Assembly: GCF_038025025.1 (NCBI RefSeq)
Contig: NW_027117347.1
Span: forward strand, 372,001 to 436,000
Source: Phyllosticta citribraziliensis
Lineage: Eukaryota
DNA: 64,000 bases
Direction of reading: 5' to 3'
Positions 1 through 12,210 of the stretch are shown one piece after another (the first letter of the stretch is position 1; every line of letters starts with the position of its first letter). The notes below the pieces were generated by a model. The model did no database searches, was not told where the DNA came from, and worked only from the letters and a program-made list of their open reading frames with translations. The translations under genes were made by a program, and so were the position numbers.

Positions 1-81
1 GGACTGCCTCTGCAGTGGATGCATGCCAACAAACGCCCTCTGGATTTCTCTGTACTTTTCCATGTAATGCTACAGACTGCC

Positions 82-825
82 CTACGCCGACTTTTGCTGC
101 TCTTCCTCTGCAACCTTGTCTTCGGTCTTCCCCCACTTCATTCTCGCCTTGATCCTCCGCCTGGCCTCTGGTCCCGACGGTCCAAACAACAAGTGCCTCC
201 CGTCGCAATACCCAGCTCCCACTTCCTCAAAGGGCTGCTCCTTCTCCCACAGCTCTGAGATTTTGGCCTCTTCCGCTTCTAATCTGGCAATTTCCTGCTG
301 CACTTCTTCCGGTGGCTCTTCTCCCTTCTTCTCCGCAACCTTGAGCGCATGCATGAGGTCACCATCCAGCCGCGCCGCGTCCCGGAGTCGCTGGTTTGGG
401 GCCGTACGTCCATTCGCAGCCTGCTTGATGTCCCGCTTGAGTCTCTCGTATCGTAGCTGGGCCTGGCGCTCCTCCTCGGTGGGAATCGGCGGTCTTTCCG
501 TGATGGGCGTGCCGAAAGGCGAGACGATGGACGTTACGACGTGACGAATGGTACGAGACGTCCTGAAGCCATTGCGCAATTGAATCACATCTCCCTCGTT
601 GACGGATTGGGTTGGGTCTGAACAGAGTACGTGGTATGGCGCAGGGAAATACTACAGCCAGTCAGTCACCGAGTCCGGCCAAGTGTAGCACGTCCATGGA
701 CCTACCTTCTTGATGTGCTTGTCCCACTTTTGAGCGGCGATGCGGACCTTGACGCACTTGGGGAGCTTGCCGGCAGACACAACGACACCTGTGAATTGAC
801 GAAATGCGGCGCCGGGAGTCGGCAT
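82..825 (-). CDS. Mitochondrial small-subunit ribosomal protein S17 (uS17m) family, 2 exons (825-706, 651-82)
   Basis: Spliced product MPTPGAAFRQFTGVVVSAGKLPKCVKVRIAAQKWDKHIKK|YFPAPYHVLCSDPTQSVNEGDVIQLRNGFRTSRTIRHVV has the S17 OB-fold motifs (GVVVSAGK..K.VKV; D....GD.V); GT..AG intron 705-652 with CTGAC branch site. Confidence 0.85.
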
Positions 826-1366
826 GGTGACGGTGTTGTGTGGTTTTACGCCAGGCCCGGAGGGCCAATCCGGTAGATGGTGAAGTAAACTTGTGGTGAC
901 AGTCCGCGATTTAGAAGAAGTCAAGGCTTTGGGCTTTTGGTGACCAGTTGTGCCGATGGGACGGCGTTTCGACAGCGGTGATGATGCGGAAGCGCGACAT
1001 TGCGGGCACTTTTCCACACCTGCAGCGCGCCAGGGTGGTCCGAGCACTCACCGCCCTTGATCGCGAGCCACTATGCACAATTATTTGACCACCATGGATA
1101 CACATCTTTTGCACTTCATCAGCCATGAGTGGAATTGGGATATCTATCTCTGGGAACTCCCATCTACAGACGCCTCGCAAATTGACGCCTTATCCGCGCC
1201 ATAGGCCCATTGGAATTGGAAGAGCAAAAAGGCCCCACTGCCTTTGAAACCATTCAATCATAGTCTTCGCCATCGACGTGCACTCATGCCGCATATCGTC
1301 GTTGATCCATGATGCTCCTTTACTCCCGGTAAACTTTTTTCGCCCTCAAGTAGTTGGCAGGTTGCC

Positions 1367-3114
1367 TCAAGCCGAGGTAGAGCTCGTGCCGACGTCATCA
1401 GTGTTGGTCGGGACGTCCAGAATCGATCCACGACGCACGTTCAGCTTCTTCTCCGCCTGCTCCGAGATCCTGTTGAGCTCGTTGACGAAAGACTTGCCCC
1501 ACCAAGCGCTGAACAATCAAATGTCAGCCATGTCCGACGTCACAGGGGTATTCCTGTGTAGAGCTTACCTGGTGTACTTGTTGACGTATTTGGAGAGCTT
1601 CTGGTAGTTGAGCGCGCGCTGTTCAGCTCCCATGGTGACCGAGTCGTGGATGGCGTCAGCCAGCTCCTCCGTGTTCCACGGATTCACGATGATGCTGCCG
1701 TTGAGACTCTGGGCTGCGCCAGCGAACTCGGACATGATCATGGAACCGTGGCGCTTCTGCTGGCAGGCAATGTACTCGTAGGAAACGAGGTTCATGCCAT
1801 CGCGAGTCGAAGAGACCAGGCAGACGTCGGAAACAGCGTACAGAGCGATGAGCTCATCGAAGGCAACCGACTTGTGCATGAAGTGGATTGGCATGAACTC
1901 AATAGTTCCTGTGGCACGTTAGAAACGAGTCTTTCTGGTTGTTCAAAAAAGACTTACCGAATTTGCCGTTGATCCTACCGACAAGCTCATTGACAACGGC
2001 TCGGAGGTTCTGGTACTCCTCGACGTCCTGACGGCTGGGGACGGCCACCTGAACGAGGACGACCTTGCCAATCCACTCCGGATGCTCAGTCAGGAACACC
2101 TCCAGGGCATGAAGCTTCTGAGGGACGCCCTTGATGTAGTCAAGACGGTCGACGCCGACGATGAGCTTCACGCCCTTGAACTTGTTCTCGAGCACAGCAA
2201 TGCGATCCTGAACCTTGGGCTTCTTCAGACCGTCCTCGAACTTTTCTGGGTCGATTCCGATGGGAAAAGCGCCGACGGTGACAACCTTGCCCTGGAACTC
2301 GACGCCGTTGGGGGTAGTAGCAAGACCCCTGCGCATGATTAGCTGGAGAAAATGCTCAAGTGGTTGAAGTAAACGCACAGAATCCTAGAGCAACTGCTCA
2401 AGAAGTGACGGGCATAGTCGTAGGTGTGGAATCCGATGAGATCGCAGTGGAGGACACCGAGCAGGATCTCGTTGCGGACCGGCAAGATACGGTAGATCTC
2501 GCTGCTAGGGAAGGGCGTGTGCAGGAAGAAACCGAGCTTGACGTTCTTCTTCTTGTTGCCGATTTCCTCACGGAGCATGGCTGGAAGCAACATCAGGTGG
2601 TAGTCGTGGACCCAGACGAGGTCACCGTCCTGGACATCGGCAGCGACAGTCTTGGCGAACAGGCGGTTGGCCTCGGTGTAGGCATTCCAAGCAGACTCAT
2701 CGAACGTGATCTCACCGGGGTGGTAATGGAAAAGGGGCCACATGATGGAGTCTGAATGGTGCCGGCGTTAGTAACGGTTTCGGGCATTTACAGAACGCAA
2801 TCCTTACTCGAGAATCCGTTGTAGTGACCATCGGCCAGGTCGTCGTCGAGCATGACGGGATGCGCGTTGTATTCCTCCTTCAGCCTGGCCTTCAGACCAC
2901 CAATCTCTTCGTCGGGAACCTCAAGACCGGGCCAGCCATACCACTGGAAGACGGTGGTTTTGGCAAGACCGCTAAGACCACTGACGAGACCGCCAGACGA
3001 CATGGACATGTCATACTTGCCATCTTCCGAACGCTTGATGGTGATCGGAAGGCGGTTGGAAACGAGGAGGAGGCGTCCAGTTTCGGACTTGTTGTCGTTG
3101 GCCGTCGAAGCCAT
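1367..3114 (-). CDS. TPS1: Trehalose-6-phosphate synthase (GT20), 5 exons
   Basis: Motifs LLLVSNRLP, WPLFHYHPG, WVHDYHLMLLP, GFFLHTPFPSSEIYRILP, GVDRLDYIKG, RDGMNLVSYEY across four ORF-track pieces joined by four GT..AG introns; last exon AWWGKSFVNELNR...TSA*. Confidence 0.97.
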
Positions 3115-4019
3115 GGTGGATGGAGGGCAGCGGCGGTTCTTTGTCGGAAAAGAAGAGGGAAGCCAGGGGGTTTGGACGGAATTGAAACTTGGGAGGATTT
3201 ATGAGGAAATTGAAGAGGGAATAAGCTGAGAAGAGGTCAGAGGTTGCTGGCAAAGCAGATGTTGGTGTGACGGTGCAATATAGGACCGGACCAGCCAAGG
3301 AAGAGGGCGCGCTCTGGGAGTGGTTCTCCGCAAATTTCTCCGGCTTTCCACGAAGATCGATGATCGAGAGCCAAGTGGAGAGAGTGAGACGTCGGAAAAA
3401 GAGGGCTCTCGAGGGCAGAAGGGAAGGGCGCGCAGCCGAGGGCGTACCTGGAGTCGTGGGTGAAATCCCTTGTGCAGTCTAGCTGGATGTTGGTGCTGGA
3501 CAAACAGGCGGGCGCAGCGGGAATGCCAGAGGGCCGGAGTGACTGACGTCGTCGCTACGTGCACAGGCACAGCTGCCCACTTTTTGCCGCAGCAGGGAGC
3601 TCGAGCCGGGGTCTGGTCGGCGATGGAATCCGAATTCTTCGATGGGGCCAGAGAGAGGCCTGGGTGTCTCCACCCTGGGAAAAGTTGGAAGCGGACAAAC
3701 CTGATGCAGCTTGTTGCACTGGGTATCACAGGCGAGGCTGAGGTCAAGCCAATGGGTGGTTGGTGAAGGATGGTGAGTTTGGATGCTTGCTCAACCTGAT
3801 ATACATCATGGCGGGCGGTGTGGCGCGTGGTCGGGCCGAGGTTTAGGCGAGAGCGGTAAGTGAAGGCGGTGTGGTGAGTGGATGTCGTGGCAGAATTGTG
3901 TTTGGTTGGTGGGCGAAGGTGGTGTTGGTGTTGAGTGTGGTGGTGGGAAAGGATGGCCTTCCTTGGGTTTAAGCAGAGGCATCGCCCTGTGCTTGGTCGC
4001 CAACTTCAACTTCGACTTG

Positions 4020-4260
4020 GACTGCTCCCGGCGCGTCACCACCACAAGTGACGAATGCTCCCTGCGCGGAAACACAGCATCAAACGACTGCTCCCAGGGC
4101 GTTGACACATCATCAAACGAATACTCCCAGATCGTCAGCGCAGTTCTAAACGACTGCTCCCAGCGCGTCAACGCGACATGACACGAATGCTCCCAGCTCT
4201 TCAACGCAGCATAGAACGAATGCTCCCTATGCCTGGTCGTGTCATGAAACGAATGCTCCC
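4020..4260. repeat. Tandem array of 8 units with exact 33-bp period; conserved core (AAC)GA(A/C)TGCTCCC and divergent ~20-bp remainder
   Basis: Core starts at 4020, 4053, 4086, 4119, 4152, 4185, 4218 and 4251. Confidence 0.92.
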
Positions 4261-4459
4261 CGTCGTGTGGCGGTGCAAGGTGGACCCAGCTTCCTTCCCG
4301 TCTCGATCCCGTCGCGCAAGGAACCCGACCCGACCACGACAACACCGGCACTGCACTGCACGCGTCCCCGCCGTCGCAAGTCGCGTCTACCTTACCCTTA
4401 CCGCGCCAAATTCGCCGCAACTCCACCTCCACCCGACACTCCCGTCCTCCGTAGCCACC

Positions 4460-5620
4460 ATGTCTGGCGATTCGGCAAATATGGAACAAGCCCTGCGCGA
4501 CGAAGTGCGCCGAATATGGGACTCGGGAAACCATGAAGGCCTCACCGTCAAGCGCGTGCGCAAGGCCGTCGAGGAAGAGCTGGACCTGCCCCATGACTTC
4601 TTCAAGAACGACGACGTGTGGAAAGATCACAGCAAGGAAATCATTACGCATCAAGTGGTACATTTTTGCACAACGCCGTCCACGCCTTCTTCGCACAACT
4701 AAAACATGTCGCAGGAGCTACAAGAACAGCAACCTGCCCCCCAAGACGAAGCCGCATCGTCTGCCGATGAGATCAAGTCACCGCCAAAGCCCAAGGGAGG
4801 CCGCAAGAAGAACGCCGAGCAGCCTGCCAAACCCGCCAAAGCCCCGCGCAAAAGAGCCCCAGCTCAGCCCAAGCCTACTGCCCGCAAGAAGCGCAAAGTC
4901 TCGATCGTGTCCGACGAATCCGCCGACGAGGCCATCTCTGACCATAACTCGCCGGAACCTACAATGGCCGAAACTGCCGACCCCGACCCAGACTCTGACA
5001 CGGAAGAGAAGAACACCAGTGTCAATGTCAAGAAGCAAAGCCCCAATGATGACAATGACGAAGATGATGATGCTGATGGCCCCAACGTAATTGCAAAACC
5101 CTCCAATGAGCCCACCGAAAACGCAGCAGACTCGGAAAGTGAACTCTCGTCCCTCCTCGACGAACCCCCACCACCCAAAGCGAAGCGACAGAAGAAGAGC
5201 GCGGCAGGCGAGAAGAAACCGGCCAAGCCCAAGGCTACCAAAGCCAAGCAGGAAAAAGAAGTCGACCCTCAAGACGCCGAAATCAAGCGCTTGCAGGGGT
5301 GGCTGGTCAAGTGTGGAATCCGCAAGGTCTGGGGCAAGGAACTGAAGCCGTATACCACGCCTCGAGAGAAAATCAACCACCTGAAGGCAATGCTGAAGGA
5401 CGCCGGCATGGACGGCCGGTACTCGGTCGAAAAGGCACGGCAGATCAAGGAGAGGAGGGAGTTGGCTGCGGACCTCGAGGCAGTGCAGGAGGGCAACAAG
5501 AAATGGGGCCAGTCAGACGAGGAAGAAGAGAACGACAAGGGACGGCCACGCAGGAGGCTGGCCAGAGGCCTCAAAGACTTGGAGGGGCTCATCGACGAGG
5601 ACGGCGAAGAGAGCGATTGA
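4460..5620 (+). CDS. HIRIP3-like histone-binding/chromatin protein (DEK-C-like N-terminus, acidic/basic linker, conserved C-terminal domain), 2 exons
   Basis: ATG 4460 (GCCACCATG), intron 4658-4714; N-terminal LTVKRVRKAVEEELDL; C-terminal EIKRLQGWLVKCGIRKVWGKEL...INHLKAMLKDAGMDGRYSVEKARQIKERREL. Confidence 0.75.
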
Positions 5621-6164
5621 GGTTGCGACTTGCCGGAACCGCACGACCACGCGCGACTTGGAGAGAGTGTGTGATGCTACCATCGTTCACATTGGTTGTC
5701 GAAATCATGGGCTCGTAAAAGGATTCGTCCTGGAGCAGAGTTGCGGTTGGACAGCAACAGCGCTCCGCGACCACTTCTCGCGGAATGACTTCGGCGGCAA
5801 CCAGAACTCTCCACGACGAGTGTCCACGTCCATAACTTGACGAAGCTGAATTCCAGCTCGAAACAAACAGCATTCAAATTGGCTGGAAGCAAGCCTTGAA
5901 GCCTGACGCCTTGCGTTGCGTTAACCCCCCTAAAAAGATGTATAGCTAAGCCAGGAAGCCGCCTTGAATATCATGCAGTGTAGTAGGACCAAAGACAGAA
6001 CAGAGGCCAGAGGCTGGTCAAATTTAATGTACATGGAAAGCTGAAGGTGTACTCGCCATGCCATGCGCAATTCTGCTCGTGAACCATCAATTTGCCAGGC
6101 AGTCTTTGAAAGTGATTCCGACCAAAGCCAGACTTTCCCAGTTCAGCCTGCAGGCTTACCTGCA

Positions 6165-7084
6165 TCATCTGAGACCCAACTTCTGCTTCTTGATCCGGGG
6201 GAACACGCCAACGACGGTCAGGACGGCAGCGACGAGGACGGCCCACAGCTGAATGTGCAGCACGAACAGGTTGAAGCCCGTCTGAGTGGCGGCGGCGACG
6301 GTAGCCAGCGACAGCAGCAGGACGAGGTAGCCGGACATGCGGTGGTACTTGTAAATCTTCTTTGCGCTGTCGACGCTGCCCCAGAGGCCCGGGGTGAAGT
6401 ACTGCGTGAAGCCGACGAGGGCCTGGATGATGAGCACGACGTAAGTGATGATGCCGAGAATGGCGTGCGAGGACTCGAAGTGGTCGAGGCCGCCGCGGGC
6501 CTTGTTGATTTCGATGACTATCAGGCCGGCGACGAGCGCGACGACGCCGACCTGGTTGAAGCCAAAGTGGGCGTAGGTGCCCTGGCGCTTTTGCTGCGCC
6601 GTGTGCGTCGGCTGCAAGATCAGGATGCCCTGAGTGAGGAGCAGGATGCCGGCCGAATTGAGGAGCTGGAGTCAGATCGGGTCATGTCAGCGCCCTCTCT
6701 CCCATCAGATAAGGCAGAGCTTGTTTGGAGGCGACGGAAGAGCGGATGGGATGGATGTACGCACGGGATGGGCCGAGAAGAGTATCAGATCGTGGGAGAA
6801 GATGGCGGACCACACGATTGCGGTAAGCTTGAATCAGACTCAGTCAGTCTTGTCCTTTTGGCACCCTCCCCTTTCTTCCCGCTGCACACGTTGGACAGGG
6901 TCATTGAACGAACAATCCAGATCCCCGCCTGGGCAACAGTGCCCGTCCCGAGGACGAGATTCCAGGGCAGCGCCTTGCCCTGCTGTTGCGACGCATCTCC
7001 GGCTCGACCGAGCAGCGGCTCGTCCTCGCCGATGCGGTCAATGGACGCCGAATTGTTTTGCGGGATGCCAGTAGCTGATGCCAT
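6165..7084 (-). CDS. Cytochrome b561 family transmembrane protein, 3 exons
   Basis: MASATGIPQNN...EDEPLLG; spliced FSAHP|LLNSAGILLLTQGILILQP; conserved His in HFGFN, HFESSHAILG and YKYHRMSGY; multiple hydrophobic helices. Confidence 0.85.
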
Positions 7085-7979
7085 ATTTGGTCGGTGTCTG
7101 TGAGGGAGAGGCTGGGGAGAGTGATGGAGCTCCCGGGGGCCTTTAAAGGGCAGTCCAGAGCTAGGGTAGGGGTAGACGCGGGGGACGGAATCACGCCTGT
7201 AGGGAGGATCTGGAGAGTTAGCTGCACTGCACAGGTGTTGACGACATCCATAGTCGACAACCAACCAACTGGACAAGCGCGGATTGCCCAATTACAAAGC
7301 ATCCTTGCGTCAGCTTCGTTTCGCCTTCGCGTCCATTGGGCCGCGCTGCTGAGGCTGTCCGCCCGGCTCGTCTTATCTGATTGATCCCGTGCTCGTCAAC
7401 CGCTGCTCGACCCGATGCATTAGGAGAAGGCTTGGGGCTTTGATCGCTGCCAGCACGCAGATGATGGCCTTGGTGTCGGCAGTCGTGTGCCGACCAGACC
7501 ATCCGAGACTCCGTTTTGGTAACATAGTCCAGGCCGTCGTCTGCTTCTGCAGTAGGGGACAAAAGCAATCATGGAACTCACAGAAGCTGCCGCGGAAAGC
7601 TTCCGTGTGAGTTTCTTTGACCCGACAAAGTCAGCACGCGAGCGCAATCGGCAAACAGCAACAGCGACAATGGAGGCGAGGTTTGCAGACCGGCGCGGTG
7701 CCTGGGCTGGGCTGGCTGGGTGAAGAGTGAGGGTGCGGGCCGATGCGGCGACTTCGCGGTTGTCTGTGTCCCTCCACGTCCCTCCACTCGCAGCATCGTC
7801 TGCGGTGGCCTGGCAGCTCGTCATCACTCACGACCTCGCTCTCCACCACCACCACCACAACACAACTATCTCTCCATAGCGAACAGCCCGCCACGCCAAT
7901 CACCGACTGCACCTCGAATAACAGAGACTACCCTCCCTGCGCTCCTCTACCTCTGCCTCCACACCCGCCCGCCGCGACC

Positions 7980-8535
7980 ATGCAAATCAAGTGCGTTCAA
8001 GACCCCGCCCCACCTCACCTCGCCGTGTGAGCTCCCCAGCCTGACGCGCAACAACAGAGTCCGCACCCTCACCGGCAAGGAGATTGAGCTCGACATCGAA
8101 CCGGACTACAAGGTACGGGCACCCACTGCCTCCACGCTTCCCGAATCCCCGGTCCCCGTCTCCCTCCAAGTTCTGTCGCACTCCAAGAGCCATCGCCGCT
8201 GCCGCCGCCAAACAATCTGACAACTGACACCAACGCGTCTCTTCCAGGTCTCACGCATAAAGGAGCGTGTCGAGGAGAAGGAAGGCATCCCACCCGTCCA
8301 GCAGCGTCTGATCTTCGGCGGCAAGCAAATGTACGTTTGTCGACTGCCCTCGTCCCCCTCTGTACTGCTCGCCAGAGCTCCCATCATCCCCCGCCCCCCG
8401 CCACCGCAAAGCTATGCCCCGCGCTGACCATGACATCTTCGACGCAGGAGCGACGACAAGACGGCTGCCGAGTACAACCTCGAAGGCGGCGCGACTCTGC
8501 ACTTGGTGCTCGCCCTGCGCGGCGGCTCGGCATGA
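7980..8535 (+). CDS. NEDD8: Ubiquitin-like protein NEDD8/Rub1, 4 exons
   Basis: Spliced [84 protein letters not shown] (Ala72) distinguishes NEDD8 from ubiquitin. Confidence 0.96.
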
Positions 8536-9062
8536 GCATACTACGCGGTGGAGGACATGTTCACGAGGTAGAGGGGATGACAACGGTGCGGGCGGCGGCA
8601 ACAGCAGCAGCCAAATGGCAACGCTCGAACGAACCTCCACGAAGAGACCTCTTCGCCTTCTCGTACTGCGGATACAAGAAATAGCTCGATTCCAGCGTGA
8701 TGGGCGTTAATGGGATGGCTTGGATGCATGCTTGCAAAAGCCATCGTTAGCGACACGGGTCTGACCAAATGAAGCAGGTGCATTTCCAATATCTTATCTA
8801 TTCGCTGTAATTGCTTTTCGTTGTAAGCCTAGGACTGACCCCGCGGTAACGCTCGCAGTGCGCTGGAAGACGTCTCCAAATCAGTGTAGTTGAATATCCG
8901 CTGCAAGACCTCGCCAGTCTGCCCAAACTGTAAATCCCCCCAAACGCCATCCCAACCCCCTGGGTATTCATGCAAAACCAAATTTCCTCGCATTACTGTT
9001 GCCGTTCTCGTGGCCTGTATGCAAATCAATGGGCGTGCCCATGTCCTCCGGATCCAAACTTT

Positions 9063-10025
9063 CTACCTTCGCTTCCTAGGCGGCACCAAGCAGTTCGACG
9101 GTTGCTTTCTCTTGATAGCCGGCGGCGAGCTCGGCACTGTGTTCCCCTTGGCCTCTCGCACGCTGGAACCCGCCGCTCCAGCCTTGGTGTCGGTCGACTT
9201 CTGGTTGGCCATTGATGATTGGGGCTTATGGCCGCTCGTGAGTGCCTTCAGCCTCGCCTCTCTGTCCTGCAGTGACTCCCCCTCCCTCCGAATCGTGCTT
9301 CCGGTAGCCTGAGTGCGCGCTGTTGCACTTCCTGCTGGGGCCTTCGCTGGGGCTTGCTTTCCCCTGTCAATGGGCAGCGGTGCGCGACTGCCTCCCAACA
9401 TGCTCTTCGGGGCGGTCATTTGTGAAATTTGGCGTGACCTGATCAAATGTTCGTTCGTAGAGCGGCGAGCGGCGACCATGCTCTGGGATTGTTGTTGTGC
9501 CTTGGCAATGATTCCACGTCCAGTCAACCTCTTCTTGGTTTCTCCTGGCGCAAACGTAAAGTTCCGAGGATCTCTGCTCACCGCGTAGCTGTGGCTGTAG
9601 GACGGCAGGCGTCGGGACCGAGTGGGGTCGAACGTTCGGTTGATGAGGGTGCTGGTGTTCTTCTGCCTCTCCTTCTCACCCTGGGCAAGCTTGGCTCTGA
9701 GTTCTGCCTTCTCTTTCTCAATCTGTCGTGTCTGTTCCTTTTCGAGTTTGAAGTACAGCTTCGCCGAGGCCTTGGTGTTCTTGAACTCGTTGACTTTGCT
9801 TTGCCAGCCCTGAATGTCTCGCCGAATGAAGATCTCCCACATGGCGGCCGTGTCTTCGGCGATGTGAGGGCTGTTTTCCTCAATCTCCTTGAGCTGCCTG
9901 GGGTTTTCGATTTTCTTGAGTACTGGCTCCACGACGTGAAATGGGATGTCGCCGACGTCCACGACAAGCTGAACGCTGCGCTGAAGTCGCCGCTTGACAA
10001 TGTCGTAAAGTGAAGGGGCCGGCAT
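9063..10025 (-). CDS. ELA1: Elongin A (RNA polymerase II elongation factor SIII subunit A / Ela1)
   Basis: N-terminal BC-box-like PSLYDIVKRRL followed by DVGDIPFHVVEPVLKKIENPRQLKEIEENSPHI...WEIFIRRD; likely ATG at 10025. Confidence 0.85.
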   Translation of the reverse strand: MPAPSLYDIVKRRLQRSVQLVVDVGDIPFHVVEPVLKKIENPRQLKEIEENSPHIAEDTAAMWEIFIRRDIQGWQSKVNEFKNTKASAKLYFKLEKEQTRQIEKEKAELRAKLAQGEKERQKNTSTLINRTFDPTRSRRLPSYSHSYAVSRDPRNFTFAPGETKKRLTGRGIIAKAQQQSQSMVAARRSTNEHLIRSRQISQMTAPKSMLGGSRAPLPIDRGKQAPAKAPAGSATARTQATGSTIRREGESLQDREARLKALTSGHKPQSSMANQKSTDTKAGAAGSSVREAKGNTVPSSPPAIKRKQPSNCLVPPRKRR

Positions 10026-10568
10026 GTTGGGCGGTGCAGGAGCTCCGAGGATGATGTGCTTCGTGTTCAACCAGGGCTGTGTTTCGAGTGAAGTCCGGTG
10101 GAGCGTAGGGCCTTCCCCACGGTCATAAAGAGTTCGAATTCGAAAATTAGGCGTGCGTCAAATTTGGCGGAGAGGTTGTGAACAAAGAATCAAGACCAGA
10201 TGTAAGTGGAAAGATGGCCAAGTAGACGGGGCGGCGTGGACAAAGGAGGCGGGCGCAAGAGAAGTGTGAACACGTGCTGAGGCAGGCACATGTGTCCAAA
10301 GTGAAAGCTAATAGGAAGAGACTGCGCAGAGGTGAAGAAAACTAAAAGGCAAAGCAACCAAGTGGAGCAGGTGGTGACTCGCGAGAGTCGAAGGAGAGAG
10401 TGAGAGACGCCAGTCGCCAGCGTCCGGCTGACTGACCTCCGCTGCCTGGGGACGCCCTGACCTGACGTCGCCCGCATCCACCTCCGAAACTCCGAATCTG
10501 CTGGCAGTTCATCCATCGTTTATTCGCCAACAGCTACATCTTCAACATCTCCTTCAAACCCGTCCATC

Positions 10569-11643
10569 ATGTCTCCAAGCGACTTTTCTTTGCTCGACCA
10601 AGCTGAAGAGGGTAGCTGCGCGCAATCCTTGCCATCATCCACGATCATTTGGCTAACGAGGCGCAGATTCGATCCACAAGTCGCGTCTGCTGCCAATTGA
10701 GCAGCGACCCTTCCAGCGCATCACAAAGCGCCTTCTCGCCGCCGACTCGCCAATTTACAATCCTCCCACATCCTTGCCCACTCCTCCTCCAGATGCGGCG
10801 ACAGACGAAGACGAGCTCGAGGCCGCGCGGGCCAAACAAGCTGCCGACCGCGAGGCATGGCGAAACGACATGTTCCTAGACTTCGTTGCCCTGTCAGACA
10901 GCATCGTCAGGATCCAATTGCTTCGGAACAGCAACGAAGCAGAACGCGAGCGATACGCCGCAGAAAAGGTCAAAATCGAAGCAACGTCGGCATCCATCAG
11001 AGATAGCACCGCAACGCTGCGCACTCAGCTCGACGAAGCACGCGCCACGCTGGCACGCCGGAAAAAGTACGACGAACTCGCCGAACGCATCACGAGCAAC
11101 CGCATGCTACGCCCGCGCGAAGACCAGTCGACGCAACTGCAAAAGCTCGAGGCTGAGATTGCAGAGTTGGAGCAGGAGAGCAGAGTCTACGCGCAAACCT
11201 GGGCAGAGCGAAGAGAGCAGTTTGGCAGGATCGTCGAGGAAGGCCGGCAGATGCTGAGGCTCATCAGAGACGAAAAGGAAGAGGCAGAGCGCAAGGAGGG
11301 CATGGAAGGCGGAGAGGAGACCATGGACGAAGGTGCAGAGGGTGGCAGCGCGAAAGCAGAGGGCAGTGCCGTGGGCACCCCCAGGCCGGATGCTGGTTCT
11401 CAGACGCCGAATCCGACACAGCTGGCTCAGTCATCAATTCACAAAGGCGGCCTCCTTGCAGTTCAGAGTCCTGCCGCAAGCCTCGCCGGTGCGGCAAGCC
11501 CGGGCCGAAAGGACGACGAGAGCCAGAACGAAGGTCGGGATACAGACATGGTTGAGTCTGGGGAGCTGGCACCTGAAACAGACATTGAAGAAGGCGAAGC
11601 GGAAGAGGACGCCAGCCCTGGTGACCGGATGGATGTTTCGTAA
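10569..11643 (+). CDS. THO complex subunit 7 (THOC7/Mft1-like), 2 exons
   Basis: MSPSDFSLLDQAEE|DSIHKSRLLPIEQRPFQRITKRLL...NEAERERY...LDEARATLARRKKYDELA coiled coil typical of fungal THOC7. Confidence 0.82.
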
Positions 11644-12210
11644 GGTGGGAATAGGATACCCGGGCTTGCACAAGCCCTTAACAAGAAAACACTGTAGCTC
11701 TATGGAAGCCATTATTTACACAGTCGTTGACGCTCGACAGATTGAATGCTCGTTGCCCCGGCATAGACGGTGACTGGGATGGGCAAACGGCGGAGGCGGA
11801 GGCGGAGGCGGGAGCTTGACTACACCATACACCCATGTCCATGTCCAAGTCCAAGGCCATGGCAGTTTGCCCATGATTAATGCTGCGACGAAGCCCTAGG
11901 TTGGGCGTGGGTGCGTCCGGATGTTTAGCTCAAGTTAGGCATGAGGCCTCAACCACCAGCCACCCAGCTGCCCGTAGACCCATCATTTCCTGCCACCACC
12001 CCGCCTCCAACTCTTCGTCGAGCTGCGGTGCAACCGTCATCCTGCAACTAACCACTCTGCTCACGGCTCACGTCCTTGCGAAACGCGGATGCCAGTGCCA
12101 GGCCCTCGACTGGAGCTGCACGACCAGACTTCCTGCCGCCACGCCTCAAACATCATCGTCCGCCGCCGCCGGCCGCGCTCCAAGACTCGCATCACGCCGC
12201 AGGAACGGAA

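Noticed and set aside
4020..4260. CRISPR array, with EXO5 as a Cas4-like partner
   Set aside because: Eukaryotic intron-containing context; the core is only 10-13 bp; the 'spacers' are visibly related to each other (tandem duplication); EXO5 is a standard eukaryotic nuclease 10 kb away.
4778..5380. Antisense ORFs over the HIRIP3-like gene, and similar ones over TPS1, Elongin A, EXO5 and H3
   Set aside because: Expected stop-poor opposite frames in GC-rich coding DNA.
6063..7103. 346-aa plus-strand ORF
   Set aside because: Antisense shadow of the GC3-rich cytochrome b561 gene, with no recognisable motifs.
7980..8535. Ubiquitin gene
   Set aside because: KEIELDIEP and the LALRGG C-terminus identify NEDD8/Rub1, not ubiquitin (LRLRGG).
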